Source of the DNA: Eledone cirrhosa | Taxonomy: Eukaryota | DNA: 64,000 nt | Assembly (NCBI GenBank): GCA_964016885.1 | Contig: OZ024745.1 | Span: 44,392,001 to 44,456,000 of the forward strand | Direction: 5' to 3' | Shown here: in pieces, positions 62,262 to 64,000 of the stretch | Layout: every line of letters begins with the position of its first letter | Numbering within the stretch: position 1 is the stretch's first letter | The notes under the pieces: generated by a model | Seen by the model: only the letters and a program-made list of their open reading frames with translations | What the model was told of the DNA's origin: nothing | Databases searched by the model: none | Position numbers and translations under genes: made by a program

Positions 62262-63470
62262 GTAAGAAACAAATATATCAGTTATCTTCATAGGATATTT
62301 AAATTCTTGACCAGCACTGAAACACTTATTCTGCTAGAAACTTGAAGAAATGCATTGGTCTATTAATTTATATGGTGGTTTAATAGTCATACAATGATCA
62401 TAAGTTCAAATTCTGTTAAAGTGAAGAATTTAATATAATTGATTTTGAACTGAAGCAAAAACAAACAAAATATCCATAGAAATTAAAAGAATCCATGCCA
62501 GCTTGGAAAAGTGGACATAAAAATGATGATGATGATGATGATGATCCTATTTGTTGTGAATCTTTAACCTTTTTGACATCAACTGAAACTGTCCTAAATT
62601 CTATGATATAAAACTGTTTGAAAGTGTATTAAAGTATATATAGCTATCTAAAAGACTTCCATCAGAATCTTGTGTAAGAATGTGTTATGTTTTATAAACC
62701 AGTTTGATAATGAGAAATTTATTTGTATTTTTAAATCCTAAATTTTTGAATATTTTCAAAATTTGTAGTAACATATTTTGGAACCCTTCTCCTGGATCTT
62801 TTTATAGTTAGATTTTAATATTTTTCTTTAAAATATACATTCTTTAGTGCTTTCTTCCTTTTACCTTTCCCTTTTCTTTGAAAACAAAACCATTTCCTCA
62901 TGTATAATGAATAAGCATTTCATTCTATTGAGTTGTATTATCTACTTGTTGGTACCGTCAGATTTATACAGATTCAATTCTGCTGTGGCCAAAATGAAAT
63001 TATATCACACAAAGTGGAAATTACATGAAATAGCTTTATTTATTTATTTTGATGATGGTAGAAAAACGTATAACATTTTATATGAACACACACACACACG
63101 CAATCATCATCATCATTTAATGCCTGCTTTCCCTGCTAGCAAGTGTTGCTTGGGTCTACATAGACCAAGTTAGTACTGAAGTGGGGTTACTGACCTCCCA
63201 AACAGACTGAGGGGTCTGTATCCTACTTACTTATGGTCATATTGTGTGCAGAGAAGTTGTTGTCTTTTGACACAAACTGAAGGGCCCTCCTAACCACTTC
63301 TTTAGCAAACTTTCTATGGTTGGATGCCCTTCCTAACACACATTTTTTGATAATCAAAATGAACATGTTTTGCTTTCTTAAACACACATTTATCTAATAG
63401 ATTATTTAAATTGTTCCTCTCTCTCTCTCTCTCCCTATATTTATCTATCTATATATATTTATTTTGCCAG

Positions 63471-63670
63471 GCACACTTGAAAGTACTCGATGTATAGAAT
63501 GGTTGTCTGAAGATACCTTTGTCAGTCACAATATCATAAAGCGCGTATGGCCTGCATCACAAAGAGATGCTCTTTTTTGGTCCCATATTCGACATGTTAT
63601 TAGTGATGATGAAGAAAAACCAGATCTCTGGATTGTTGTTAATTATTCCACAGAGCATCCCAGTGTACCA
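63471..63670 (+). CDS. CERT1: CERT exon: START domain
   Basis: ttgccag|GC...CCA|gtaagt; 200 nt, phase 1-0; (G)TLESTRCIEWLSEDTFVSHNIIKRVWPASQRDALFWSHIRHVISDDEEKPDLWIVVNYSTEHPSVP, carrying the KRVWPASQRD signature. Confidence 0.96.
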
Positions 63671-64000
63671 GTAAGTTACATTTCTTAAAGATTGCTTCAT
63701 TACTATATTCCTTAATCATATTTTTATTGACCCATTCCCTAACACTTTTCTAATGTTTTTATTGATCTCACTACCGGCATTTATATTTTCATGTAATTTT
63801 TTTCTACAGATCATCAGGTCATCTTTTTAGAAATTCTTTGTAGATGCATTGTTTAATCCATTAGCATTTAAACTGGCTGTATCTGGCCAACATTTTCTCC
63901 TCTTTTGCAATTAAAACCGGCCATAATCGGCTGCTCATGCTGACATTGAGATATCATTCTGAAAATGAACAATGTCATCAACATGTCATAGATTCAAGAT

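Overview
AT-rich, repeat-dense eukaryotic DNA, probably from an octopus or other coleoid cephalopod (inferred from the SINE/RTE repertoire, not proven). The whole window lies inside one + strand gene, the ceramide transfer protein CERT1 (COL4A3BP/STARD11). Eleven coding exons between 12301 and 63670 splice in frame with GT-AG sites. They encode the end of the PH domain, the serine-repeat motif, the coiled-coil middle region, the FFAT motif and most of the START domain; the first and last exons lie outside the window. The introns (up to about 20 kb) hold several SINE families, decayed LINE fragments (RTE, CRE-like, R4/Dong-like), a Penelope-like relic, a deleted maT/mariner element, a hAT element with a perfect 8-bp target-site duplication, TTAA MITEs, fold-back palindromes, and a 1.8-kb array of a 49-bp unit amplified from inside a SINE. 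I see no prokaryotic system or CRISPR array, and no convincing new biological system. The best leads are a candidate 54-nt in-frame cassette exon between the PH domain and the serine-repeat motif, the SINE-born minisatellite with higher-order structure, Cys replacing the phospho-regulated Ser next to the FFAT motif, and many intronic inverted repeats that could form dsRNA.
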